Origin: an uncultured Gemmatimonadales bacterium
GTDB lineage: Bacteria; Gemmatimonadota; Gemmatimonadetes; Gemmatimonadales; GWC2-71-9
DNA length: 64,000 nucleotides
Assembly: GCA_963779755.1 (NCBI GenBank)
Contig: CAVZZO010000003.1
Location: 480,001-544,000 of the forward strand
Direction of reading: 5' to 3'
Shown: positions 30,254 through 39,612 of the stretch, in pieces
How the letters are laid out: each line of letters opens with the position of its first letter
Position numbering within the stretch: position 1 is the first letter of the stretch
Program-made: the position numbers and the translations under genes
The notes under the pieces: model-generated
The model's database searches: none
Told to the model about the DNA's origin: nothing
The model's input: only the letters and a program-made list of their open reading frames with translations

Positions 30254-31310
30254 TCGCCGCCCACTGCTCTTCCCGGCTGGCCAGCCGCAGCGCGTTCACC
30301 AGCTCGTCCAGATCGCCGTTCAGCACGTCGGCCAGATTGTGCACCGAGAGGTTGATGCGGTGATCGGTGATGCGGCTCTGGGGAAAGTTGTAGGTGCGGA
30401 TCTTGGCGGAGCGGTCGCCCGTGCCCACCATGGAACGGCGCTCCCGGCTGCGCGCCGCCTCCTGCTCGGCGATCATCCGGTCCAGCAGCCGAGCCCGCAG
30501 GACTTCCATCGCCTTGAGCTTGTTCTGCAACTGCGATTTCTGATCCTGCTGCTGCACCACCAGGCCGGTGGGCAGGTGGGTGATGCGCACGGCGCTGTCG
30601 GTGGTATTGACACTCTGGCCGCCGGGGCCGGACGAGCGGAACACGTCGATCTTGAGATCGCCGGGATCGACCTTCACGTCCACCTCTTCCGCCTCCGGCA
30701 GTACGGCCACGGTGGCGGCGGAGGTGTGAATCCGGCCCTGCGCCTCGGTGGCGGGCACCCGCTGCACCCGGTGGACCCCGGACTCCCGCCGCAGCAGGCC
30801 GAAGGCCTCGGGACCCCGCAGGGCCACAACCGCTTCCTTCAGGCCGCCCACGTTTCCCTCGCTCAGGCTGATCGGTTCGACCGACAGCCCGTGCCGCTCA
30901 GCGAAGCGGGAATACATGCGGAACAGATCGGCCGCAAAGAGCGCCGCCTCGTCCCCGCCGGTTCCGGCGCGGATCTCCAGAATGGCGTCGCGATCGTCGT
31001 GGGGATCGCGCGGGAGCAGCCGCTCCCGCAGCTCCTCGCGCAGGGCGGCGATCTCGGGCTCCAGCCGCGCGAGATCGGCGCGGGCCATGGCGGCCAGCTC
31101 CGGGTCGTCCGCCTGGGCCAGGGGCCGCGCGTCTTCCAGCTCGCGCTCCTGCCGCCGCAGCCGCTCGGCCAGCTGCACAATGGGCGCGAGCCGCGCGTGC
31201 TCGCGCCCCAGGGTCTTCAGCCTGGCCGAGTCCCGGGCGATCGAGGGGTCGGCCAGCATCCGGGCGACCTCCTCCGCGCGGGCAAGCGCCTGGCGGAGTC
31301 TGGTCTCCAT
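30246..31310 (-). CDS. prfA: Peptide chain release factor 1
   Basis: PAT tripeptide, [11 protein letters not shown]. Confidence 0.97.
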   Translation of the reverse strand: METRLRQALARAEEVARMLADPSIARDSARLKTLGREHARLAPIVQLAERLRRQERELEDARPLAQADDPELAAMARADLARLEPEIAALREELRERLLPRDPHDDRDAILEIRAGTGGDEAALFAADLFRMYSRFAERHGLSVEPISLSEGNVGGLKEAVVALRGPEAFGLLRRESGVHRVQRVPATEAQGRIHTSAATVAVLPEAEEVDVKVDPGDLKIDVFRSSGPGGQSVNTTDSAVRITHLPTGLVVQQQDQKSQLQNKLKAMEVLRARLLDRMIAEQEAARSRERRSMVGTGDRSAKIRTYNFPQSRITDHRINLSVHNLADVLNGDLDELVNALRLASREEQWAASD

Positions 31311-31313
31311 GGA

Positions 31314-31532
31314 TTATGCCTGCGTCTTGGCCGCCGTGTCTGCATACTTGCGGCGGAACCGGTCCACCCGGCCGGCCGTATCCACCAGACGCTGCTTGCC
31401 GGTGAAGTAGGGATGGCACTTGGCGCACACCTCCACGTGAATGGAGGGGTTGGTCGAGCGGGTCTCGAAGGTGTTCCCGCAGGCGCACTGCACCGTGATC
31501 TTGTAGTACTTCGGATGAATATTGGCCTTCAC
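31314..31532 (-). CDS. rpmE: 50S ribosomal protein L31
   Basis: [25 protein letters not shown]. Confidence 0.97.
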   Translation of the reverse strand: MKANIHPKYYKITVQCACGNTFETRSTNPSIHVEVCAKCHPYFTGKQRLVDTAGRVDRFRRKYADTAAKTQA

Positions 31533-31675
31533 GTGTCTCTCCTCGACCGGGCGCGCCGGCCTGCGGCTAAGCCTTTGTCCAGAGACGGCTTGGATCTGCC
31601 AAAGCTGGGAAATTTATCCGCCCGCCCATGCCGCAGGCAAGCCGGCGCTCTCCGGACCGGCTCCCGGCCGCGAAA

Positions 31676-31704
31676 TTGACACCGCCCCCGGGTCCAAATA
31701 ACGT
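31676..31704 (+). promoter_or_regulatory. sigma70 promoter upstream of the Crp/Fnr gene
   Basis: TTGACA-17 bp-TAACGT. Confidence 0.6.
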
Positions 31705-31755
31705 ACCTTCACGTACTTCCGAGGCCGCCCCTTCACCCCAGCACGACGAGGCATC

Positions 31756-32433
31756 GTGGCACTCACCCCGCTCGAGGTCCTGAGACAGGTTCCGCTGTTC
31801 CGGGAGCTCCCCGAATCCGAACTCGTCGCCTTCGCCGACCTGACCCGCGAACGCGCCTATCCCAAGGGCAGCGTCATCCTGTTCGAAAAGGACAAGGGCG
31901 ACTCGCTCTACCTCGTCGCCTCCGGGCAGGTCAAGGTGGTGCTCATCGGCGAGGACGGCCGCGAGGTGATTCTCTCCGTGCTGGGCGAGGGCAGCTTCTT
32001 CGGCGAGATGGCCCTGATCGACGACAGCCCCCGCTCCGCGCATGTCATCGCCATGGAAGATTCCGTCCTGCTCACCCTGCGGCGGGAAGATTTCCAGCAG
32101 CGGCTGCGCTCCTCCCCCGAGGTGGCCATCAGTCTTCTCCGCGAGTTGTCCCGCCGGCTCCGCCGCGCCGACGAGAAGATCGGCAGCCTGGTCCTGCTCG
32201 ACGTCAACGGCCGGGTGGCCGATCTGCTGCTGCGCGCCGCCAGCGAGGAAGGGGGAGAGTGCATCAAGAGAAAACTCACGCACCACACCATTGCGCAGAT
32301 GATCGGCTCCAGCCGCGAGACCGTTTCCCGGACCATGCGCGATTTCGTGGAGCGCGGCTTTATCCAGGTGACCCGCAAGGACATAACCATCACCGACCGC
32401 CCCGCCCTGATGGAAGCCGCCGGCTGGTCGTGA
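31756..32433 (+). CDS. Crp/Fnr family regulator (cNMP-binding)
   Basis: FGEMALID..PRSA, HTH GSSRETVSR. Confidence 0.92.
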   Translation: MALTPLEVLRQVPLFRELPESELVAFADLTRERAYPKGSVILFEKDKGDSLYLVASGQVKVVLIGEDGREVILSVLGEGSFFGEMALIDDSPRSAHVIAMEDSVLLTLRREDFQQRLRSSPEVAISLLRELSRRLRRADEKIGSLVLLDVNGRVADLLLRAASEEGGECIKRKLTHHTIAQMIGSSRETVSRTMRDFVERGFIQVTRKDITITDRPALMEAAGWS

Positions 32434-32517
32434 TGCGTATCACCCCCGGCCGGTGACGGCCGCCACGCCGGGGGCGGCCCCCGCCGCCCGGCACGCTTCT
32501 CGCTTTGCCAGACGCTC

Positions 32518-33387
32518 GTGACGTACACCGCAACCTTCCACGGCACCCGGGGCTCCATTGCCTCGCCCGGCCCGCAGACCACGCGCTACGGCGGCAACAC
32601 CGCCTGTGTGGCGGTGAGCCTGGGAGGCGATGACCTCGTCATCCTCGATGCCGGAACCGGCATCCGTCCGCTGGGACTCACCATGGCGCAGGGCGGTCGG
32701 AACGATCTGAAGGTCGATATCCTGCTGTCGCACACCCACTGGGATCACATCCAGGGCCTGCCCTTCTTCCAGCCGCTGTACACCGCGGGGAACCGGGTGC
32801 GCATCTTCGGCGCGGCCCAGAACGATGTGCCGCTGGAAGCGGTGCTCGACCGGCTAATGGATCCGGTGGCCTTCCCGGTTCCCCTGCGCTCGCTGGCGGC
32901 CGAGCTCATCGTACGGGAAATCCTCCCCGAGGACACCATACAGCTCGATGGGTTCCGCATCAGCAGTTTTCAGTTGCGCCACCCCGGGACCACGCTGGGC
33001 TACCGCCTCGAGCCGGCGGCAGGTGGCACGGCCCTGGCCTACCTGACCGACAACGAGCTGGGTCCCGGCGGGTCCTACAATGTCGGGGCGGCCTGGCGCC
33101 GGCGGCTGGCCGGCTTCCTCAAGGGAACCGGCACCCTGATCCACGACGCGACCTACCATGATACCGCCATCGCCGCCCGGGCCGGCTGGGGACACTCCAG
33201 CCCCCGGCAGGCCATAGACCTTGCCGCGGAGGCCGGAATCGCACATCTCGTGCTGTTCCACCACGATCCGGAGCACAGTGACACCTTCCTTGATCGCATG
33301 GTCGAGGAGGCCCGTAACTACGCGCAGGAAGTGGCCCCGGGCTTGCGGGTGGATGGGGCGTGTGAAGGGGACCGACTCACCCTCTAG
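32518..33387 (+). CDS. MBL-fold metallo-hydrolase (RNase Z / cNMP phosphodiesterase-like)
   Basis: GTRGS, YGGNT, DAGTG, SHTHWDH, WGHS, FHHDP. Confidence 0.85.
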   Translation: MTYTATFHGTRGSIASPGPQTTRYGGNTACVAVSLGGDDLVILDAGTGIRPLGLTMAQGGRNDLKVDILLSHTHWDHIQGLPFFQPLYTAGNRVRIFGAAQNDVPLEAVLDRLMDPVAFPVPLRSLAAELIVREILPEDTIQLDGFRISSFQLRHPGTTLGYRLEPAAGGTALAYLTDNELGPGGSYNVGAAWRRRLAGFLKGTGTLIHDATYHDTAIAARAGWGHSSPRQAIDLAAEAGIAHLVLFHHDPEHSDTFLDRMVEEARNYAQEVAPGLRVDGACEGDRLTL

Positions 33388-33400
33388 CGAGGAACGGGTT

Positions 33401-34093
33401 ATGCGCAGGTTTATCCTGTTGCTGTGCCTCACTTTGGCTTTCATCACCGTCCCGGCAGCCGCCCAGCAGGACGGGCGGCCCGGCATCGCGGTGTTGCCCT
33501 TCGAGAACGGCGGGTCCTACGGACAGGACAAGGAGGACTTCACCGCCCTGGAACAGGGAATTCCGGCCCTGCTGATCACCAGCCTGCAGCAGAATCCGGC
33601 CGCGCGGGTGGTGGATCGTAGTGATATTCACCAGCTGCTGACTGAGCAGAACATGGCCGCCGAGGGCCGGGTGGATGCCGCCACGGCCGCCCGGATCGGC
33701 AAGCTGATCGGCGCCCGCTATATGATCATGGGCACCTTCGTGGATTACTACGGCAAGTTCCGCATCGATGCCCGCATCGTGGACGTCGAGACGGGCGAGA
33801 TCCTCAAGGTGGTCTCCGTGGGGCCCCAGGATCGGGAAAAGCTCTACCAGATGCTGCAGCAGACGGCAGACAAGATCATGGCCGGCACCAACCTGCCGCC
33901 GCTGCCGGCTGAGGTGTCCCAGGCGCGGGCGAGGAACATCCCGGCCGAGGCGCTGACGCTCTACAGCCGCGGGTTGCTTTACCAGGACCGCGGCGACCGC
34001 GACAAGGCGATCGAGTATTACCGGAAGGCACTCGCCGTCTATCCCGACTTCACCGAGCCCGGCGAGGCGCTGAAGCAGATTCAGAGTTCCTGA
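33401..34093 (+). CDS. Secreted CsgG/FlgO/TolB-N-like protein with C-terminal TPR
   Basis: Signal peptide; IAVLPFEN, AARIGKLIGA, RIVDVETGEI; TPR YSRG..AIEYYRKAL. Confidence 0.75.
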   Translation: MRRFILLLCLTLAFITVPAAAQQDGRPGIAVLPFENGGSYGQDKEDFTALEQGIPALLITSLQQNPAARVVDRSDIHQLLTEQNMAAEGRVDAATAARIGKLIGARYMIMGTFVDYYGKFRIDARIVDVETGEILKVVSVGPQDREKLYQMLQQTADKIMAGTNLPPLPAEVSQARARNIPAEALTLYSRGLLYQDRGDRDKAIEYYRKALAVYPDFTEPGEALKQIQSS

Positions 34094-34137
34094 CCCTTGC
34101 GAGCGCCGCACTCGACGGTCGAGTCCACAAGACCGCG

Positions 34138-34773
34138 CTAGTGGATTCGACCGATCTCTATGCCTGCCATAAGGTCCACCGTACTGCCGGCCCAGGGTCG
34201 GACCGAGCGTGCCAGCGCCGTCAGGGTGAGCGCCGTATGACCCGCCACCTGCAACCCGGCGCCGATCGTTACGTGGATCGTCGGGCCGCTGGCCTGTGAT
34301 CCCTTGAGCCTCAGTGCCCAGCCAGCCCCGAGCCCGACCACCGGCTGGAGCCGACCTACCAACGGTCTGAGCCCCAACGTCAGTTCCGGCAGCAGGAGCA
34401 CGGTGGGATCGGAGACCTGGAATCCACCGACGTGAACGGTGCGCTGTGCATCGAAGACTGGAAGCGATGCAGCCAGGAACACCCTGCGGTGTACAGCCCA
34501 CGAGCGGTACGCGCTCACAACCGGTGCGGTGCCGGTCCCAACCAGGTCGTAGTGGCTGACTCCGGCACGAAACCCCAGAATCTGGGCGCTAGCCTCGTGC
34601 GAGCACAGCAAGGCGCTGATGACAACTCCGAGAATGAACTGGAGCCGCAGATGGACCCGGCCACGACAACCGCATGCGTTAGTGCTCCGGCCAGACGGGC
34701 GTGAAAAGCCGCTCAAGGTCGCGTTACCGTCCATATTGTCCCTGCAGTCCCGTGTAGGCCGGTAAGCGTCCAA
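34138..34773 (-). CDS. Probable outer-membrane beta-barrel protein (start uncertain)
   Basis: Signal-like segment ending ASA-Q, then alternating beta strands. Confidence 0.5.
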   Translation of the reverse strand: MDAYRPTRDCRDNMDGNATLSGFSRPSGRSTNACGCRGRVHLRLQFILGVVISALLCSHEASAQILGFRAGVSHYDLVGTGTAPVVSAYRSWAVHRRVFLAASLPVFDAQRTVHVGGFQVSDPTVLLLPELTLGLRPLVGRLQPVVGLGAGWALRLKGSQASGPTIHVTIGAGLQVAGHTALTLTALARSVRPWAGSTVDLMAGIEIGRIH

Positions 34774-36012
34774 GGTGAAACTCCAGACGAGCCTGTCGGT
34801 ACTGAGAATGCACCAATCATATCGTCGTCGTTAGTGCTCCGCCAATCGAGTATTGCATCGACGACCCAGCCGGCGACAATAACTGGCAGCGGTAGGCAGT
34901 TCTCTGTGCACCTGATCCACGAGACAGATACATACACGCTCACCGTTCCAAGATATCCATAGAGCCTCTGAGTTGAGGCATCACTTGTCTCGAATGAGCA
35001 CTTCGATCCATGGTCATCCTCCCAGACAATCCCGCCAACCTTGCCGCCGCCAAGGATCGCATTCGCGATGTCAAAATTGGCCCCGATCTGGACGATGCCG
35101 GTCCACAAATCATGGTCCTGGTTGAAGTAATAAGGGGTGTACAGGTCCTCGTTTGCGCATCCCAAAGTGATCGTGTGCCCCACCGAATCCGCAGCGAATA
35201 CCATGATCGCAACTTCGGGCGATCCCCGCAGCCAGCCCTCATACTGCGACACGTTGGCAATGTTCATCTTACACGCCAGCAGCTTGGCCCCGGTTGGTGT
35301 CGGCGGGCAGGGATCCTCCGGAGGCGGGTCCCCACCGCCTCCCCCACCTCCACCGCCTCCCCCGGTGCAGTCGTCTAGGTCAGGGGGACACGCATCTTGC
35401 GACTGGGGCCTGATCAGGGACTCACGTGCCGCGGCGAAGTCGACCTCTGATGGGAGGACCGCAATGACTGGCGTGATCGGAGGAGATCTCGGATCCAGTA
35501 CGTAGCGATGGCCTTTCGTATCGAACGCCACGGGCGCCATTCCATCGCGAACTGCCGTCGCCACGAGTACATTGTCATCACCGGCCCATTGTGCGCGATG
35601 CGCTGGGATCGGGAGGTAGACCTCGCGTGAGCTGTCCAGCGTCACCGCTGCAGAGAACTGTTCCGGTGTGGAATTGTCCGCTGCGGCGACCGCCTTGAGC
35701 GCAAGAGCGGAGGCAGACTCCAGTAACGGCTTCAACTCGACCTTGCCCTCTCGTAATGGAGATTCTCGGAGTCGGGCATGAACCACCGATCGCACATCGG
35801 GATTAGCAAGAGCCGAAGCAAGCGCTTTAGCGAGACGCTCGAGCTTGGCTTCTTCAACTGTTTCGGTGGGTGTTAGTGTGCGAGGAACTGCCGGTGCGCG
35901 ACTAACTGTCTCAGGTGTCGGCCCCGTTGATTGCTGATGTTCGGCCTCGCAACCTGCCGATATAATCGAGGCGGTGAGCCCCCCCCCAAGCTACCAAGCT
36001 TCGCAGGCGCAT
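34713..36012 (-). pseudogene. Lipoprotein (DUF3103-like) frameshifted at a G9 tract; 432 aa if G8
   Basis: AGAAGGA RBS and ATG at 36012; removing one G at 35979-35987 gives MRLRSLVAWGGLTASIISAGC, continuous with ORF 34713..35795. Confidence 0.75.
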
Positions 36013-36517
36013 GTTTTCCTTCTCGCTATGGAAAGGCGTAAACAGCTGGACGTATCTTGGCAGACAATGTTCTTAATCGAAGGTGAAAGGAGCCTGAAGG
36101 TCTGATGAGAGTATCGGGCTGTACGCCACATACGACCGAGCCTAGAGCTAGACTTCACACTCCAGATGCGTGGCACGCGGTTTCACGAATGTCGCACTAT
36201 TGTTGATATCATCTCGATATGTGACGTGTGGACCTAGAGAATGTCGCCTACGCCCGTCACATCCATCCCTAAGCGGCATGCCGAACCATGGGTGTGAGTG
36301 TCCCAGAAGCGGCGCGGGAGCCGGTTGCTCTCGGCCTCGCCCGGAGCTTGATTGTCGCCGGATACGCCGCTTGGGCTGAGCCGTGGCCCCTTCACGCAAA
36401 CCCGTTCGCAGTGGCGGATGGCTCATTTCAGAGCGCGCCGCAATACCCTGCCGGTGGTTCTGCCGGAAGCCGACCGAGAGTGCAGCTACTCGAAGGAGTG
36501 TGGACGCGCGCGGCTTC

Positions 36518-37765
36518 CTAGCTCACCGGGAGCTGGCGGCGCCAGACCCAGAGGCCGGCCACCAGCCCCAGATGCACCGGCAGCGCCAGCGCGAGCAGCT
36601 CGCCGTCGTGCTGGATGAACCCCGGCAGCAGCTTCACCACCAGGCCCAGCACTCCCAGCCCGAACACCGCCGTGGCCACCAAGAGGGCGCGCCGCAGCGC
36701 CGCGCGTGGGGCCGCCGTCCAGCCCAGCCGCGGCAGCAGCACCACCAGCGGCAGGGCCAGCAGGTTCCAGGCGAAGAGATTCTCGTTGCGCGCCGCCACG
36801 GCATGATCCGTCAGCGACCAGAGCCCGGTCATCAGCAGCCCTGCCACCCCGGCCAGCAGCGCCCAGAGGGTTCCCACCCCGATGAATCCGGCGCGCGCGC
36901 CGGCGCTCCGCGCCGCCCGCCAGCCCAGCAGCCCCAGGACGGCGCCGGTGATGCCCCCAACCAGCAGGAACACGCCGGTCCACCGCGGGGGGCGGGGTGG
37001 CGGGGGCAGCAGGCTGCTCGCGAACACCCGCTCTTCGCTCCGGACCAGGGGGATGCGCCCGCCTTCCGGCCCGGGCACCGTCACTTTGTCGAGATGGTCG
37101 CGCAGCGACATGGGAATGAACATGCCCTCCCAGACCGAGAGCGGCCGGTCCACCGGCTGGCCCAGGAGCAGCATGAGGCCGCTGTAGATCAGCGGGTCGC
37201 GCGCGGTGAGGCGCGCCGTCTCGGACCGGTAGGTGGTTTCCGCCGGCAGCTGCCGGGTCTGGCGCCGGATTTCACCCCCCAGCGCCCGGTCCAGGGCATC
37301 GCGCAGCCGGGTGGCGCAGTTGTCCCGGTAATAGTCGTAGCGGTAGAACTTGTTGTCGCCCTGGATATTCCAGGTGAGGAAATTCTGCAGCCGCCGCGCT
37401 TCGGCCTGGGTGAAGTTCAGCTCCTGCACCCAGATCGACCGGTCCATCCGGGTATAGAACGTCATCAGCCCGATGGCATCCTGGCTTCCCATCCAGTAGC
37501 GCATCCGCCCCTGCAGGAAATGGAGCAGGAACCCGGACTGGGCAAAATCGAACCGGCCGTAGTCGTAGGCGATGTCGGTGCCCCGGGCCGGATCGTGGAT
37601 CCAGATGGCGTCGTGGCCGAACAGCTCCCACACCGCCCGGCCCTGGCCGAAGGTGATGAGCGAAATCGTGAGGCCCCGGCCGGAATCGGCCTGCGCCACC
37701 AGCGCCCCCGGCCGGTGAAGAACAGCCAGAAGAACCACCAGGAGGCGCAGCCGGCACAGTCTCAT
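36518..37765 (-). CDS. DUF4105 (Lnb-like) membrane protein
   Basis: ELFGHDAI, YDYGRFDF, YRYDYYRDNCATR, C-terminal TM helices. Confidence 0.85.
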   Translation of the reverse strand: MRLCRLRLLVVLLAVLHRPGALVAQADSGRGLTISLITFGQGRAVWELFGHDAIWIHDPARGTDIAYDYGRFDFAQSGFLLHFLQGRMRYWMGSQDAIGLMTFYTRMDRSIWVQELNFTQAEARRLQNFLTWNIQGDNKFYRYDYYRDNCATRLRDALDRALGGEIRRQTRQLPAETTYRSETARLTARDPLIYSGLMLLLGQPVDRPLSVWEGMFIPMSLRDHLDKVTVPGPEGGRIPLVRSEERVFASSLLPPPPRPPRWTGVFLLVGGITGAVLGLLGWRAARSAGARAGFIGVGTLWALLAGVAGLLMTGLWSLTDHAVAARNENLFAWNLLALPLVVLLPRLGWTAAPRAALRRALLVATAVFGLGVLGLVVKLLPGFIQHDGELLALALPVHLGLVAGLWVWRRQLPVS

Positions 37766-37788
37766 GCAATCCCTGTTCTGTGGTTGGA

Positions 37789-37903
37789 CCACGACACGGA
37801 GGCACGGAGCCACGGAGATTTCACGGAGAGCACCGATTGGACGACATCACAATCGGCTGCCCTCCGCCGCTCTCCGTGTTTCCGTGCCTCCGTGTCGCCG
37901 GTG
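37789..37903. repeat. Inverted CACGGAG-type array
   Basis: Perfect 16-bp stem GACACGGAGGCACGGA / TCCGTGCCTCCGTGTC plus extra units. Confidence 0.8.
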
Positions 37904-37952
37904 CAGTCCTGGAGACACTCCGTGCCCTGGCCTTGACACCACACCGGCAGCT

Positions 37953-38960
37953 TCACAGTGCCACGTCGCGTCCCTCGTCCGCCGAGCGGTAGATGGCGTC
38001 GATGATCGTGTGCAGGGTCAACTGCTCCTGCAGATCGATCGGCTTGGCCTCCCCGCTGATTGCGGCCAGGAAGTGGGCCCACTCCGCCCGGAAACTGGCG
38101 AAGAAGGCATTCTCGCGGCTGACCGAACCGGTGGGAGCGACGTCGGTCGGGACGCCGTGCAGCTCCTTCCAGACATGCAGCGGGTTGATGCCGGCCGACC
38201 CCTTGGTGCCGCGGAGCCCCACGCCGAATCGCTCCCCGCTGCCCACGTGGTGCCAGGTAACATCCACGAACAGAGTGGTCCCGTTCTGGCAAACCACGAA
38301 CGCGCTGCCCGACTGCTCCACCCCTCCCCCGCGCGGCGGCTGCAGGCCGGCACTCACCCTTACCGGCTGCGGCGTGCCGGTGAGCCACAGGCTCAGGTCG
38401 AGCACCGACAGCCCGAGATCGAGCATGGCGCCGCCGCCCGACTGCTCGCGCCGCTGGCGCCAGCCGAGCTGCGCCCGGCTGGGCCGGAACACGTGCCAGC
38501 TGCCCCGGACGCTCTCGATGTTCCCCAGCTCGCCGCTCTGGACGAAGCTGCGGACGATCTGGGAATCGGGACGGTAGCGGTGGTTCATCCCGGGCATGAG
38601 GACCAGCTGCCGCTTCTCGACCGCCTTGAGAATGCGCTGAACGCTGGAGGTGGTGAGGGCCAGCGGCTTCTCCACCAGGACGTGCAGCCCGGCCGAGAGG
38701 GCGGCCATGATATGGGATTCGTGCAGATGGTTGGGCGTGCAGACCAGCACCGCCTCGAGCGGCTCGTAGCGCAACAGGTCGTCGATGTCGTCGAAGGCGT
38801 CGGGGACCTTGAACCGGTCGGCCAGGGCGCGGGCCTTGAGCCGGTCGTTATCGCAGATCGCGAGCACCTGGACGGCCTTCATCTTCTTCAGCACGGGCAG
38901 GTGCCCCACCTGGGTGATGGCCCCCGCCCCGATGATCCCGACCTTCAGCGGATCGCTCAC
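37953..38960 (-). CDS. Gfo/Idh/MocA oxidoreductase
   Basis: GIIGAG, TPNHLH, HVLVEKP, GGGAMLDLG. Confidence 0.92.
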   Translation of the reverse strand: MSDPLKVGIIGAGAITQVGHLPVLKKMKAVQVLAICDNDRLKARALADRFKVPDAFDDIDDLLRYEPLEAVLVCTPNHLHESHIMAALSAGLHVLVEKPLALTTSSVQRILKAVEKRQLVLMPGMNHRYRPDSQIVRSFVQSGELGNIESVRGSWHVFRPSRAQLGWRQRREQSGGGAMLDLGLSVLDLSLWLTGTPQPVRVSAGLQPPRGGGVEQSGSAFVVCQNGTTLFVDVTWHHVGSGERFGVGLRGTKGSAGINPLHVWKELHGVPTDVAPTGSVSRENAFFASFRAEWAHFLAAISGEAKPIDLQEQLTLHTIIDAIYRSADEGRDVAL

Positions 38961-39610
38961 CGGCGCACTCCCGGAATGTGGTAGCCGACTCCCACGCTGA
39001 ACGCGACGGTCTTGAGGTCGCTCGCCAGGACGCCCCGGCCGCCCAGATTGAGCACCAGCGAGCGGGTCAGCAGCACCTCCACCCCGGCGGTCAGGTTCAG
39101 CCCCGCGCCGGCCATGTCCAGGGCATCTTCCACAAAGGTACCGTTGATCGCCTGCCCCGAGCCATTGCGGATGTGAATCCCCGCCCCCAGCCCCAGGTAG
39201 GGGCGATACTTCGCCTGCCGGGCGAACATGTACTGCAGATCGGCGTCGAACGCCAGGTCGGACCAGTGCACCGCCCCGAGATTGATGCTGAAGTCGTTGG
39301 TCGGGTCCACCACCACCTGCGAAAGCTGGTTCTCGAATTTGCGGATTTCGCTGCTCTTGAAATCGCTGCGGAAATAGGAGCCGCCCACCAGCAGCCGGAG
39401 GCCCGGCGCAAACTGCCCCAGGTCCACCCGGACGCCCACCTGGGCCGTCCCCTTGAGCTTGTCCGACGTGAGGATGCCCAACTCGGCCTGGATGCCGGTA
39501 AAGCGGATGTTGTCGTAGGAAAAGCGGTCCAGCGGCTGCTGGGCTCGCGCGGCCGCCGGCGCCAGCAACATCAGGCCAGCCAGGGCCGCAGGGCAGAGAG
39601 AAAGGCGCAT
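38957..39610 (-). CDS. Outer-membrane beta-barrel protein
   Basis: Signal peptide ARA-Q; RPYLGLGAG; terminal VGVGYH. Confidence 0.65.
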   Translation of the reverse strand: MRLSLCPAALAGLMLLAPAAARAQQPLDRFSYDNIRFTGIQAELGILTSDKLKGTAQVGVRVDLGQFAPGLRLLVGGSYFRSDFKSSEIRKFENQLSQVVVDPTNDFSINLGAVHWSDLAFDADLQYMFARQAKYRPYLGLGAGIHIRNGSGQAINGTFVEDALDMAGAGLNLTAGVEVLLTRSLVLNLGGRGVLASDLKTVAFSVGVGYHIPGVRR

Positions 39611-39612
39611 GA

